Source: an uncultured Ectothiorhodospiraceae bacterium
GTDB lineage: Bacteria > Pseudomonadota > Gammaproteobacteria > HK1
Direction of reading: 5' to 3'
DNA: 35,349 nt
NCBI GenBank assembly: GCA_964608875.1
Contig: CAZSPS010000426.1
Span: 1-35,349 of the forward strand
Shown here: in pieces, positions 7,941 to 15,615 of the stretch
Layout of the letters: each line of letters starts with the position of its first letter
Numbering within the stretch: position 1 is the stretch's first letter
Position numbers and translations under genes: made by a program
The notes under the pieces: generated by a model
Database searches by the model: none
Told to the model about the DNA's origin: nothing
What the model saw: the letters and a program-made list of their open reading frames with translations, nothing else

Positions 7941-8314
7941 CGGGCCCCGCGCCGGTGCGCAAGCGCTTCCTGTACCTCCTGCGCCGCCCGCCGCACGGCT
8001 CGATCTTCGCCCAGGAAGGCTTCGAGACGGTGCTGGTCGGGGCCGCGTTCGAGCAGGCGGTGAGCCTGCTGTTCCTGGACGACGGGGTGTTCGTGCTCAA
8101 GCGCGGGCAGGCCCCGGACGCGCTCGGGCTCAAGGACTTCGCGCGCGGCTTCCGCGCCCTGCCCGACTACGGGGTGGAGGGGCTGTACGTCGAGGACCGC
8201 TCGCTCGCCGCCCGCGGCCTCGCCGCCTCCGACCTGCTGGTCGACGTCGAGCTGGTGACCCCGGAGCGGGCCGCGCGGCTCATCGACGAGCACGACGTCG
8301 TCCTGAGCTTCTGA
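7937..8314 (+). CDS. dsrF: sulfurtransferase complex subunit DsrF
   Basis: ATG at 7937 overlaps the dsrE stop (ATGA). 'KRFLYLLRRPPHGSIFAQEGFETVLVGAAFEQAVSLLFLDDGVFVL...DYGVEGLYVEDRSLAARGL...HDVVLSF' is DsrF/TusC-like. Confidence 0.9.
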   Translation: MTGPAPVRKRFLYLLRRPPHGSIFAQEGFETVLVGAAFEQAVSLLFLDDGVFVLKRGQAPDALGLKDFARGFRALPDYGVEGLYVEDRSLAARGLAASDLLVDVELVTPERAARLIDEHDVVLSF

Positions 8315-8335
8315 CCCCGGCCTCTCCCCTGCGCA

Positions 8336-8644
8336 GTGAGCGTCCTCCACACCGTCAACCGTTCTCCGTGGGAGCGCCGGGCGCTCGCGGACTGCCTGGA
8401 GCGGGTGCGGCCGGGGAGCGCGGTCGTGCTGATCGAGGACGGGGTGCTGGGGGCGCTCGCCGCCGCCGGGTTCGCGGAGCGGTTCGAGGCGATGGCCCCG
8501 GAGGTGGAGTTCTTCGCGCTCGGCCCGGACCTCGAGGCCCGCGGCATCGAGCCGGCCCGGATGGCGCGCGCGGTCGCGGTGGTCGGCTACGGCGGGTTCG
8601 TGGAGCTCGCCTGCCGCTTCGACAAGACGGCCGCCTGGTCTTAG
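8336..8644 (+). CDS. dsrH: sulfurtransferase complex subunit DsrH
   Basis: The start is GTG. 'SVLHTVNRSPWERRALADCLERV.PGSAVVLIEDGV...FFALGPDLEARG' is colinear with A. vinosum DsrH ('SILHTVNKSPFERNSLESCLKF'), and the conserved Cys is present. Confidence 0.9.
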   Translation: MSVLHTVNRSPWERRALADCLERVRPGSAVVLIEDGVLGALAAAGFAERFEAMAPEVEFFALGPDLEARGIEPARMARAVAVVGYGGFVELACRFDKTAAWS

Positions 8645-8665
8645 GATCGGGCGCGGGCCGAGCCG

Positions 8666-9007
8666 GTGCGAACGTTGGCCATCGTCGTCGATACGAGCGA
8701 GCTCGATACCGATCCGGAGGGCTATCTCGTCCGCATCGGGGACTGGTCGCCGCAGGTGGCCGAAGCCATGGCGAGCGCGGACGGCTGCGAGCTGACGGAC
8801 GCCCACTGGCAGGTGATCGGGTTCCTGCGCGAGTACTACGCGGAGTACGGTTTCGCGCCCGCCGTGCGCATCCTCACCCGCGCCGTCGCCCGCCGGCTCG
8901 GTCCGGACAAGGGCAACAGCCGCTACCTCTACCGGCTGTTCCCGGACGGTCCGGCCCGCCAGGCCTGCCGCTATGCCGGGCTGCCGAAGCCGACCGGCTG
9001 CATCTGA
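8666..9007 (+). CDS. dsrC: DsrC (two-cysteine sulfur carrier, TusE/DsrC family)
   Basis: The start is GTG. 'EGYL....DW.P.VAE.MA......LT..HW.VI.FLREYY.EY..APAVR.LT.AV...LG..KGNS.YLY.LFP.GPA.QACRYAGLPKPTGCI' carries both C-terminal-arm cysteines, spaced C-x10-C. Confidence 0.93.
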   Translation: MRTLAIVVDTSELDTDPEGYLVRIGDWSPQVAEAMASADGCELTDAHWQVIGFLREYYAEYGFAPAVRILTRAVARRLGPDKGNSRYLYRLFPDGPARQACRYAGLPKPTGCI

Positions 9008-9018
9008 GCCGCGCGCCG

Positions 9019-9042
9019 CCCCCGTGCGCGCGCGCGCGGGGG
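9019..9042 (+). terminator. GC-only stem-loop just downstream of dsrC (possible attenuator or mRNA-stabilising hairpin; no U tract)
   Basis: 9019-9028 'cccccgtgcg' pairs with 9033-9042 'cgcgcggggg' (10 bp including one G-U, with the 4-nt loop 'cgcg'). It starts 12 nt after the dsrC stop and ends 17 nt before the dsrM ATG. It contains a 13-nt alternating G/C run at 9026-9038. Confidence 0.4.
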
Positions 9043-9058
9043 GAGGGGGCGGCGGGCC

Positions 9059-9826
9059 ATGAGCCTCGCCGGGTGGCTCGGGTGGTTGATGGCGGGGTGG
9101 CTCTGGACGGCCGCCGCGCTCGCCGTGGCGGGCCTCGCGTGGAAGAAGCTCGTCTACCTGCGCGGGCCCGTGCCGCTGCCGATGCCCCTCACCCCGGCGC
9201 CCGCGACCTGGGCCGGGGTCGTCCTGCGCCTGCTGCGCGAGGGGTTGCTGTTCGAGACCCTGTTCCGCGCGAACCGCTGGACGTGGCTCTTCGGCTGGGT
9301 GTTCCACGCGGCCCTCGCGCTCGTGGCCGTGCGCCACCTGTGGCTGTTCCTCGACCCGCCGCCGGCGTGGCTGGACGGGCTGCTGGCGGCGGGGAAGTGG
9401 CTCTCGGCCGTGCTCGGCGCCTCGCTCGCGGCGCTCCTCGCGCGGCGGCTCCTCGTGGCGCGGGTACGCTACGTATCGGTCCCTTCGGACTACCTGATGC
9501 TGCTCCTGCTGCTGTTCGTCGCGGGCAGCGGGGCGTGGCTCGGCCACGTCGCACCCGGCGCCATCGGCCCCGCCCGCGAGTTCACGCTCGCCCTCGCGCG
9601 CTTCGAGATCCGGCCCCTCCCCCCCGACCCCGTGCTCTGCGCGCACCTCGCGGGCGCGGGGCTCGTGTTCGCCCTGCTGCCGTTCAGCAAGCTGCTGCAC
9701 GCTCCCGGGGTGTTCCTGAGCCCGACCCGGCGCCGCCCCCACCGGATCGCCGTCCGGGGCGGGGACGGGGCCGGGCGCACGGCCGGTAACGGGGACTCCG
9801 CCCCGCCGCCGGCGCCGGAGGGCTGA
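9059..9826 (+). CDS. dsrM: DsrM, NarI-like dihaem b membrane subunit
   Basis: The 255-aa protein has multiple TM helices. 'ETLFRANRWTWLFGWVFHAALALVAVRHLWLF' is typical of the nitrate-reductase-gamma-like fold with His haem ligands. Its position between dsrC and dsrK is canonical. Confidence 0.88.
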   Translation: MSLAGWLGWLMAGWLWTAAALAVAGLAWKKLVYLRGPVPLPMPLTPAPATWAGVVLRLLREGLLFETLFRANRWTWLFGWVFHAALALVAVRHLWLFLDPPPAWLDGLLAAGKWLSAVLGASLAALLARRLLVARVRYVSVPSDYLMLLLLLFVAGSGAWLGHVAPGAIGPAREFTLALARFEIRPLPPDPVLCAHLAGAGLVFALLPFSKLLHAPGVFLSPTRRRPHRIAVRGGDGAGRTAGNGDSAPPPAPEG

Positions 9827-9830
9827 GACG

Positions 9831-11282
9831 GTGGCCGCCGGGCGCTTCCCGGTCCCGCGGCTCCGTCCGGGCGCCGCCGCGCGGCTCGTGTCCCGGCGCG
9901 CCGATCCCGAGACCCAGCGCGCCCTCGGCTTCCCGGGCGGGCTACCCGCCGACTGGGAGGCCAGGGCCGTCGGCGCCATGCGCGAGGTGGTGTCCGAGCG
10001 GGGCGCGCTGCGGCTCTTCCTCGACGCCTGCATGAAGTGCGGCGCGTGCACCGACAAGTGCCACTACTTCCTCGGCACCGGCGACCCGAAGAACATGCCG
10101 GTCGCCCGCCAGGACCTCTTCCGGGACGTGTACCGGCGCTACCACACCCCGTCGGGCCGGCTCGTCCCGTGGCTCGTCGGCGCGAAGAAGCTCACCGCCG
10201 AGCGGCTCGAGGACTGGTACACCTACTTCCACCAGTGCTCGCAGTGCCGGCGCTGCGCCGTCTACTGCCCGGCCGGGATCGACACCGCGGAGTTCGCGAT
10301 GGCCGCGCGCGAGGTGATGGACCGCATCGGGGTCGGGCAGCACTACACCAACGGGGTGGTGGAGAAGGCGGGCCGCCTCGGGAACAACCTCGGGCTGCCG
10401 GGGCCGGCCCTCGCCGACACCCTGGCGGGGCTGGAGGAGGACGTGCTGGAGGACACCGGGGTCCCGGTGCGCTTCCCGCTCGACGACCCCGGCGCCGACC
10501 TGCTCCTGGTCACCCCGTCCGCCGACTTCTTCGCCGAGCCGCACGTGGACGGGCTCATCGGCTATGCCAAGGTGTTCCACCAGGCGGGGCTGCGCTGGAC
10601 GCTCAGCTCGCACGCCTCGGAGGCGGCGAACTTCGCCCTCTTCATGGGGAGCCGCGGGCACATGGAGAAGCTCGCCCGGCGCATCGTGCGGGCGGCGCGC
10701 GCGCTCGGCGCCGCGCGCATCGTGTTCGGCGAGTGCGGCCACGCCTGGCGGGTCGGCCACAACCACCTGGAGGCGCTCGCCGGCCCCCTCGATTTCCTCG
10801 CCCGGGGGCGGGTGGAGCACGTGGTGGAGGTGACCGACGAGCTCATCCGGCGCGGCGCGCTCGCGCTCGATCCGGGCGCCAACGACCGGCGCCGGGTGAC
10901 CTACCACGACTCGTGCAACGTGGCGCGCGCCTCGCGGCTCGGCGACATCCCCCGCGGCCAGTTCGTCGTCCCGCGCCGGGTGCTGCGGGCGGTGTGCAAC
11001 CACTACGTCGAGATGCCGCGGGGCACGGTGCGGGAGGCGACCTTTTGCTGCGGTGCGGGGGGCGGGCTCCTCGCCGACGACCTCCTCGAGCTGCGGGTGA
11101 AGGGGGCGGCGCCGCGGATGGAGGCGTTCCGCGCGGCCGGGGTCACCCACCTCGCCGCGATGTGCGCGATCTGCAAGAGCCAGCTCGCCCGCGTGTTCCC
11201 CGAGTACGGGTTCGGGCGCGAGCAGGTGATCAGCGTGCACCACCTGGTGGGGGATGCACTGGTCCTGGGCGCGAAGGCCTGA
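9831..11282 (+). CDS. dsrK: DsrK, HdrD-like iron-sulfur catalytic subunit
   Basis: Two ferredoxin-type Cys clusters are present, 'CMKCGACTDKC' and 'CSQCRRCAVYCP'. Two CCG-domain motifs are present, 'HDSCNVAR' and 'FCCGAGGG'. GTG at 9831 lies 4 nt after the dsrM stop, and an internal ATG alternative exists. Confidence 0.9.
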   Translation: MAAGRFPVPRLRPGAAARLVSRRADPETQRALGFPGGLPADWEARAVGAMREVVSERGALRLFLDACMKCGACTDKCHYFLGTGDPKNMPVARQDLFRDVYRRYHTPSGRLVPWLVGAKKLTAERLEDWYTYFHQCSQCRRCAVYCPAGIDTAEFAMAAREVMDRIGVGQHYTNGVVEKAGRLGNNLGLPGPALADTLAGLEEDVLEDTGVPVRFPLDDPGADLLLVTPSADFFAEPHVDGLIGYAKVFHQAGLRWTLSSHASEAANFALFMGSRGHMEKLARRIVRAARALGAARIVFGECGHAWRVGHNHLEALAGPLDFLARGRVEHVVEVTDELIRRGALALDPGANDRRRVTYHDSCNVARASRLGDIPRGQFVVPRRVLRAVCNHYVEMPRGTVREATFCCGAGGGLLADDLLELRVKGAAPRMEAFRAAGVTHLAAMCAICKSQLARVFPEYGFGREQVISVHHLVGDALVLGAKA

Positions 11283-11288
11283 AAGGGT

Positions 11289-11364
11289 TGGCGCTCCCTA
11301 GGGGACTCGAACCCCTGTCTACGCCGTGAGAGGGCGGTATCCTGGACCGCTAGACGAAGGGAGC
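11289..11364 (-). tRNA. tRNA-Glu (anticodon CUC)
   Basis: The reverse complement 'GCTCCCTTCGTCTAGCGGTCCAGGATACCGCCCTCTCACGGCGTAGACAGGGGTTCGAGTCCCCTAGGGAGCGCCA' is colinear with E. coli tRNA-Glu. The anticodon loop is C-T-CTC-A-C, the acceptor stem is 7 bp, and the CCA is encoded. Confidence 0.93.
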
Positions 11365-11382
11365 GGTGTGCGGACGCGGCGC

Positions 11383-12714
11383 ATGGCTGCGCCGCCGCAG
11401 GGCGGATGGTATCATATGCCGCCCAGGATGCCATCCAACCACTTCCCATCGTCTCCATCGTCGGCGCTCGCGCACTCGATCGCGCGCGAGCGCATCAGCG
11501 AGAACGCCCGCCGGGTCCTGCACCGGCTCACCGAGGCCGGCTTCCAGGCCTACCTCGTGGGCGGCTGCGTGCGCGACCTGCTGCTCGGCCTCACCCCGAA
11601 GGACTTCGACGTGGCCACCTCCGCGCGGCCCGAGGAAGTCCGCGGCCTCTTTCCCCGCTCGCGTCTCATCGGCCGCCGGTTCCGCCTCGCGCACGTGCGC
11701 TCCGGGCGCGACGTCATCGAGGTCGCGACCTTCCGGGCGGGCGGCGGCACGGGGACGGTGGGCCCCCGCGGCCGCATCCTCGACGACAACGTCTACGGCA
11801 CCCGCGAGGAAGACGCCCTGCGCCGGGACTTCACCGTCAACGCCCTCTACTTCGACGACCCCGAGGGCAGCGTCCTCGACTTCGCGGGCGGGCTCGAGGA
11901 CCTTGAAGCGGGCCTCATCCGCAGCATCGGCGACCCCGCCCTGCGGTACCGCGAAGACCCGGTGCGGATCCTGCGGGCGGTGCGCTTCGCGGCCAAGCTC
12001 GGGTTCCGGATCGAGCGCGCATCGCAGGCGCCCATCGCCAAGCTCGCCCATCTCATCGAGGACGTGCCCGCCGCGCGCCTGTTCGAAGAGGCGCTCAAGC
12101 TGTTCCAGGGCGGCCACGGCCTGGAGTCGTTCCGCCGCCTCGAGCGCTTCGGCCTCTTCGAGCGGCTCTATCCGCAGACCGCGGAATCGTTGCAGCGCGA
12201 CGAGCGCCACCGCGCCCTGCTCGAACGCGCGCTCGCCAACACCGACCGGCGGATCGCGGAGGACAAGCCGGTGACCCCGGGCTTCCTCATCGCCGCGCTG
12301 ATGTGGGGGCCGGCGTGCGAACGCGCCGCCGCCCTCGGCAAGGGCGGGCAGGCGCGCGGGCGCGCGGCGGCCCTGGAGGCGGGAGGGGACGAAGCGCTCG
12401 CGGCCCAGACTCGCAGGACCAGCGCGCCGCGCCGCTTCACGGGCATGGCGCGGGAGATCTGGGCGATGCAGCCGGCGCTCGAGAACCGACGGCCGCGCCG
12501 GGTGAAGGCGCTGCTGCGCCATCCCCGGTTCCGGGCCGCCTACGACTTCCTGTGCCTGCGGGCCGAGGCCGGGGAGCCGCTCGAGGAGCGGGCGAAGTGG
12601 TGGACCGAGGTCCAGGAGGGAGAGGGGCCTTCCGGAGCGGACGCCGAGCCTCCCCCTCCCGAACGCCCGCCCGCGCGCCGCCGGCGGCGCTCCCGGCGGC
12701 GGCGCGCGGCGTGA
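11383..12714 (+). CDS. pcnB: poly(A) polymerase I
   Basis: 'VLHRLTEAGFQAYLVGGCVRDLLLGLTPKDFDVATSARPEEV...RLIGRRFRLAHV' is the nucleotidyltransferase head domain, and the C-terminus is basic. The long ORF begins at 11326 inside the tRNA gene, so the true start is probably ATG at 11383 or 11416. Confidence 0.9.
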   Translation: MAAPPQGGWYHMPPRMPSNHFPSSPSSALAHSIARERISENARRVLHRLTEAGFQAYLVGGCVRDLLLGLTPKDFDVATSARPEEVRGLFPRSRLIGRRFRLAHVRSGRDVIEVATFRAGGGTGTVGPRGRILDDNVYGTREEDALRRDFTVNALYFDDPEGSVLDFAGGLEDLEAGLIRSIGDPALRYREDPVRILRAVRFAAKLGFRIERASQAPIAKLAHLIEDVPAARLFEEALKLFQGGHGLESFRRLERFGLFERLYPQTAESLQRDERHRALLERALANTDRRIAEDKPVTPGFLIAALMWGPACERAAALGKGGQARGRAAALEAGGDEALAAQTRRTSAPRRFTGMAREIWAMQPALENRRPRRVKALLRHPRFRAAYDFLCLRAEAGEPLEERAKWWTEVQEGEGPSGADAEPPPPERPPARRRRRSRRRRAA

Positions 12715-13769
12715 GGCGCGATGCGCGGCGCGCCGGCCCCGCCGCGGCCGGCCTGCTCCTGGCGGCGGCGGCGCTCGCGCCGTTCCCCGCCCCCGCGTCC
12801 GCCGACTACGAAGCGGCCATCGCGGCGATCGAGCGCGGGGACGTGAGGGAGGGGGCCGCCGCCCTGCGGGCCGCCGCCCACGAGGGCGATGCCAGGGCCC
12901 AGGCGCGGCTCGGGACCTATTACGAGGACGGCGGGCGCATCTTCAAGCGCGACTTCGACCGCGCCTTCTTCTGGTACCGCAAGGCGGCGGAGGGGGGCCA
13001 CGCCGAGGCGCAGTTCCACCTCGGGCGGATGCACCGGGCGGGGCTCGGGGTCGAGCGCGACGAGGCGATGGCGGCATTCTGGTACCGCGCCGCGGCCCGC
13101 CGGGGACATCCCGCGGCGCAGCTCTTCCTCGGCCTCATGCGCGAGTCCGGCCGGGGAGTGGAGCGCGACCGGGCGGTGGCGTGGGTCTGGTACAGCCTGG
13201 CCGCCGAGCAGGGCGACGAGGACGCCCGTTTCCGGCGCGACCGGCTGGCCGCGCGCATGAGCGGCGAAGACGCCGCACGCGGGCGCCGGGAGCTTCCACG
13301 CTACCGCAAGGAGGCGGCACCGGCGCCGGCGTCCTTGCAGGCGCAGGTTTCCAGGGCCCCGTCCATCCAGGGCGACCCGCTCGTGTTCCGCATCCAGGCC
13401 GCGCTCGTGGACCTCGGCTATGCGCCGGGCTCCGTCGACGGCGACGCGGGGGAGGAGACCCGCGAGGCGGTGCGCGCGTTCGAGCGCGAGCACGGCCAGA
13501 GCTCCCGGGGGGGCTCGCGCGGGGAGCTCGACGAACGGCTGCTGCAGCGCCTGCGCGAAGCGCTCGAGACGGGCAAGCCGGCCGCCACCCTGGTGCGCTC
13601 GATCCAGGAGCACCTGCACCGGCTGGGCTATCCGGTGGGGGACGTCGACGGCAAGCCCGGCCCCCGCACCGCCGGGGCCGTGCGGGCGTTCCAGCGCGAG
13701 GCGGGGGTCTCGGCGGACGGACGGCTGTCTCCGGACCTGCTGCGCCTGCTGCGCACGAAGCGCTCCTGA
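12711..13769 (+). CDS. secreted Sel1-repeat protein with two C-terminal peptidoglycan-binding (PG_binding_1-like) domains
   Basis: GTG at 12711 overlaps the pcnB stop. The signal-like N-terminus is 'AAAGLLLAAAALAPFPAPASA'. Repeated 'A..WYRKAAE.GHAEAQF.LG.M...G.GVERD' units are Sel1/TPR-like. There are two 'LGY..G.VDG..G..T..AVRAFQRE.G' PG-binding modules. Confidence 0.75.
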   Translation: MRRDARRAGPAAAGLLLAAAALAPFPAPASADYEAAIAAIERGDVREGAAALRAAAHEGDARAQARLGTYYEDGGRIFKRDFDRAFFWYRKAAEGGHAEAQFHLGRMHRAGLGVERDEAMAAFWYRAAARRGHPAAQLFLGLMRESGRGVERDRAVAWVWYSLAAEQGDEDARFRRDRLAARMSGEDAARGRRELPRYRKEAAPAPASLQAQVSRAPSIQGDPLVFRIQAALVDLGYAPGSVDGDAGEETREAVRAFEREHGQSSRGGSRGELDERLLQRLREALETGKPAATLVRSIQEHLHRLGYPVGDVDGKPGPRTAGAVRAFQREAGVSADGRLSPDLLRLLRTKRS

Positions 13770-13791
13770 TCCGCCGACCCCCTCCCCCCCG

Positions 13792-14526
13792 CTAGCCCGC
13801 GAGCAGCAGCCGCAGGCCGACGGCGCCGACCCCGAGGAGCAGCCAGCGGCGGAACCGGTCCGGGTCGAGCCGCGCGCGCAGCCGCGCGCCGAGCATCATG
13901 CCCGCGACTGCGGGCGCGACTCCCGCCGCCGACAGGAAGCCCGCCTCGAGCCGGTAGGCGCCGTGGGCGATGAGCACGACCGCGAGCGCCGCCGTCGAGA
14001 GGCTGAACACGATGCCCATCATCTGCACCAGCTCGTCGCGTTCGAGGCCGAGCGCCTCCATGTACATGACCACGGGGACCACGAAGGTGCCGGTGATGCC
14101 GGTGACGATGCCGTTGACGACCCCCGCGAGCGGGGTCAGCACCGGCTCCGCGCGCGCCGGCAGGCGGTAGCGCACGGCGCCGAGCCCCAAGGCGGCGTAG
14201 ACGATGAGGATGAGGCCGAGCGCCCGGTCCATCGCCTGCGGCGCCGCGACGAACACGTAGCCGTAGCCGATCCAGACCCCGGCGGGAATGACGGCGAGGG
14301 CGGCGGCGAAGCGTTTGCAAAGGGCCGCCGCGCGCCCGCCCACCGCACCCTGCCAGAGGTTGGTGACCAGGGAGGGGATCACCAGCAGCGGCAGCGCGGC
14401 CTCAATGCCGAACGCGGCCGAGAGCAGGGCCAGCGAGACGGTCGGAAGGCCGAGCCCGACGACCCCCTTCACCGCGCCGGCGAGCGCGAAGGCCAGCATG
14501 ACGATCGCGATCGAGAATCCGTCCAT
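13792..14526 (-). CDS. TauE/SafE family sulfite/anion exporter
   Basis: This is a multi-pass membrane protein. 'AGAVKGVVGLGLPTVSLALL' and 'GIVTGITGTFVVPVVMYM' are the duplicated glycine-rich TauE-type motifs. The ATG at 14526 (MDGFS...) is preferred over the ORF start at 14634 because it has GAGG 8 nt upstream and the first TM helix follows directly. Confidence 0.75.
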   Translation of the reverse strand: MDGFSIAIVMLAFALAGAVKGVVGLGLPTVSLALLSAAFGIEAALPLLVIPSLVTNLWQGAVGGRAAALCKRFAAALAVIPAGVWIGYGYVFVAAPQAMDRALGLILIVYAALGLGAVRYRLPARAEPVLTPLAGVVNGIVTGITGTFVVPVVMYMEALGLERDELVQMMGIVFSLSTAALAVVLIAHGAYRLEAGFLSAAGVAPAVAGMMLGARLRARLDPDRFRRWLLLGVGAVGLRLLLAG

Positions 14527-14619
14527 CGTTCCGCCTCGTCCGGGGCCGCTCCGCCCTGCGCCGTTCCCTCGCCGGCGCCGGGATGGGGCGGGGATGATAA
14601 CCCCCGCGCGGCTTCCCCC

Positions 14620-14631
14620 GGCGCCCGCCGG
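14620..14631. repeat. copy 1 of the 12-mer GGCGCCCGCCGG
   Basis: This is an exact 12-nt match to the two copies at 14698-14709 and 14720-14731. Confidence 0.6.
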
Positions 14632-14697
14632 CAAGGAGGGGAAGGGGAGGGCGCATCAGGATTTCTCAACCATGCGGACGGGATCCTCGGTTGCGGC

Positions 14698-14731
14698 GGC
14701 GCCCGCCGGCCCTAACATAGGCGCCCGCCGG
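14698..14731. promoter_or_regulatory. tandem direct repeat GGCGCCCGCCGG-N10-GGCGCCCGCCGG, candidate regulator binding site upstream of the CmcJ-family gene
   Basis: Exact 12-mers lie at 14698-14709 and 14720-14731, with a 22-bp start-to-start spacing. They flank the AT-richer 'ccctaacata' and end ~40-55 nt upstream of the candidate starts at 14773 and 14788. Confidence 0.4.
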
Positions 14732-14772
14732 AACGCCGCCCGCGCGCCGGGTGAGGGCGTCCGGGAGCCACG

Positions 14773-15615
14773 ATGAGGAGTCGCACCATGGCGGCACGAC
14801 CGCAAGCCATCCCCGCCGCCGGCGCGGTGCGGGCGAGCCTTCGCTACGTCGTCGATACCGGAGTCAAGCCGAGGACCTACATCTCGCCCCCGGCTTCGGG
14901 CGCGCCTTCCCGGCGCGAAGACACCGTGGACCTGCGCGAGATGCCGATCCGCGACGCCCGCCCCCTCGCCGGCACGGCCTCCCTCGACCGCGAGGGGTTC
15001 GAGCTGCACCGCCGCCGCTACGCGGTGTCGGACTTCTACGACGACGAGGAGGTGGAGCGCGTCCACTACCCCGAGATCGAGGCGCTGATCGGGGAGGCAG
15101 CCGGGGCGCGGCGGGTGGTCGTGTTCGATCACACGCGCCGCGCGGCGGGAGAGAAGCGGGCCGGGGTCCGCGAGCCGGTGCGCGCGGTGCACAACGACTA
15201 CACCCCGAAGTCGGGTCCGCAGCGGGTCCGGGACCTGTTGCCGGACGAGGCCGAAGCGCTGCTCGAGCGGCGCTTCGCCGTGGTCAACGCCTGGCACTCC
15301 ATCCGCGGGCGGGTGGAGTCCTTCCCGCTCGCCGTGTGCGACGCCCGCAGCATCGGGGCGAAGGACTTCATCGCCACCGACCTCGTATACCGCGACCGGG
15401 TCGGCGAGGTGTTCAACCTGGCGCACGACCCGGCGCACGAGTGGTACTACTTCCCGGCGCTCGAGGAGGACGAGACCGTACTGCTCAAGTGCTACGATTC
15501 CGAGACGGACGGGCGCGCGCGCTTCACCGCCCACACCGCGTTCGAGGACCCGACGAGCCCCGAGGACGCCCGCCCGCGCGAGAGCATGGAGCTGCGCGCG
15601 CTGGTCTTCTTCTGA
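14773..15615 (+). CDS. CmcJ/NvfI-family (AsaB-like) non-haem iron oxygenase-like protein
   Basis: The 280-aa ORF contains 'VVVFDHTRR......REPVRAVHNDYTPKSGPQRVRDLL' and 'RFAVVNAWHSIRG.VES.PLAVCDA.S', which resemble the family I know under the name CmcJ/NvfI oxidoreductase. The alternative start ATG at 14788 has a better SD (AGGAG 7 nt upstream). Confidence 0.65.
   Translation: MRSRTMAARPQAIPAAGAVRASLRYVVDTGVKPRTYISPPASGAPSRREDTVDLREMPIRDARPLAGTASLDREGFELHRRRYAVSDFYDDEEVERVHYPEIEALIGEAAGARRVVVFDHTRRAAGEKRAGVREPVRAVHNDYTPKSGPQRVRDLLPDEAEALLERRFAVVNAWHSIRGRVESFPLAVCDARSIGAKDFIATDLVYRDRVGEVFNLAHDPAHEWYYFPALEEDETVLLKCYDSETDGRARFTAHTAFEDPTSPEDARPRESMELRALVFF

Noticed and set aside
7664-10057. A 797-aa minus-strand ORF antisense to dsrE-dsrK.
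   Set aside because: It has no motifs and an Arg/Pro/Gly-rich composition. The sense strand carries six well-supported dsr genes.
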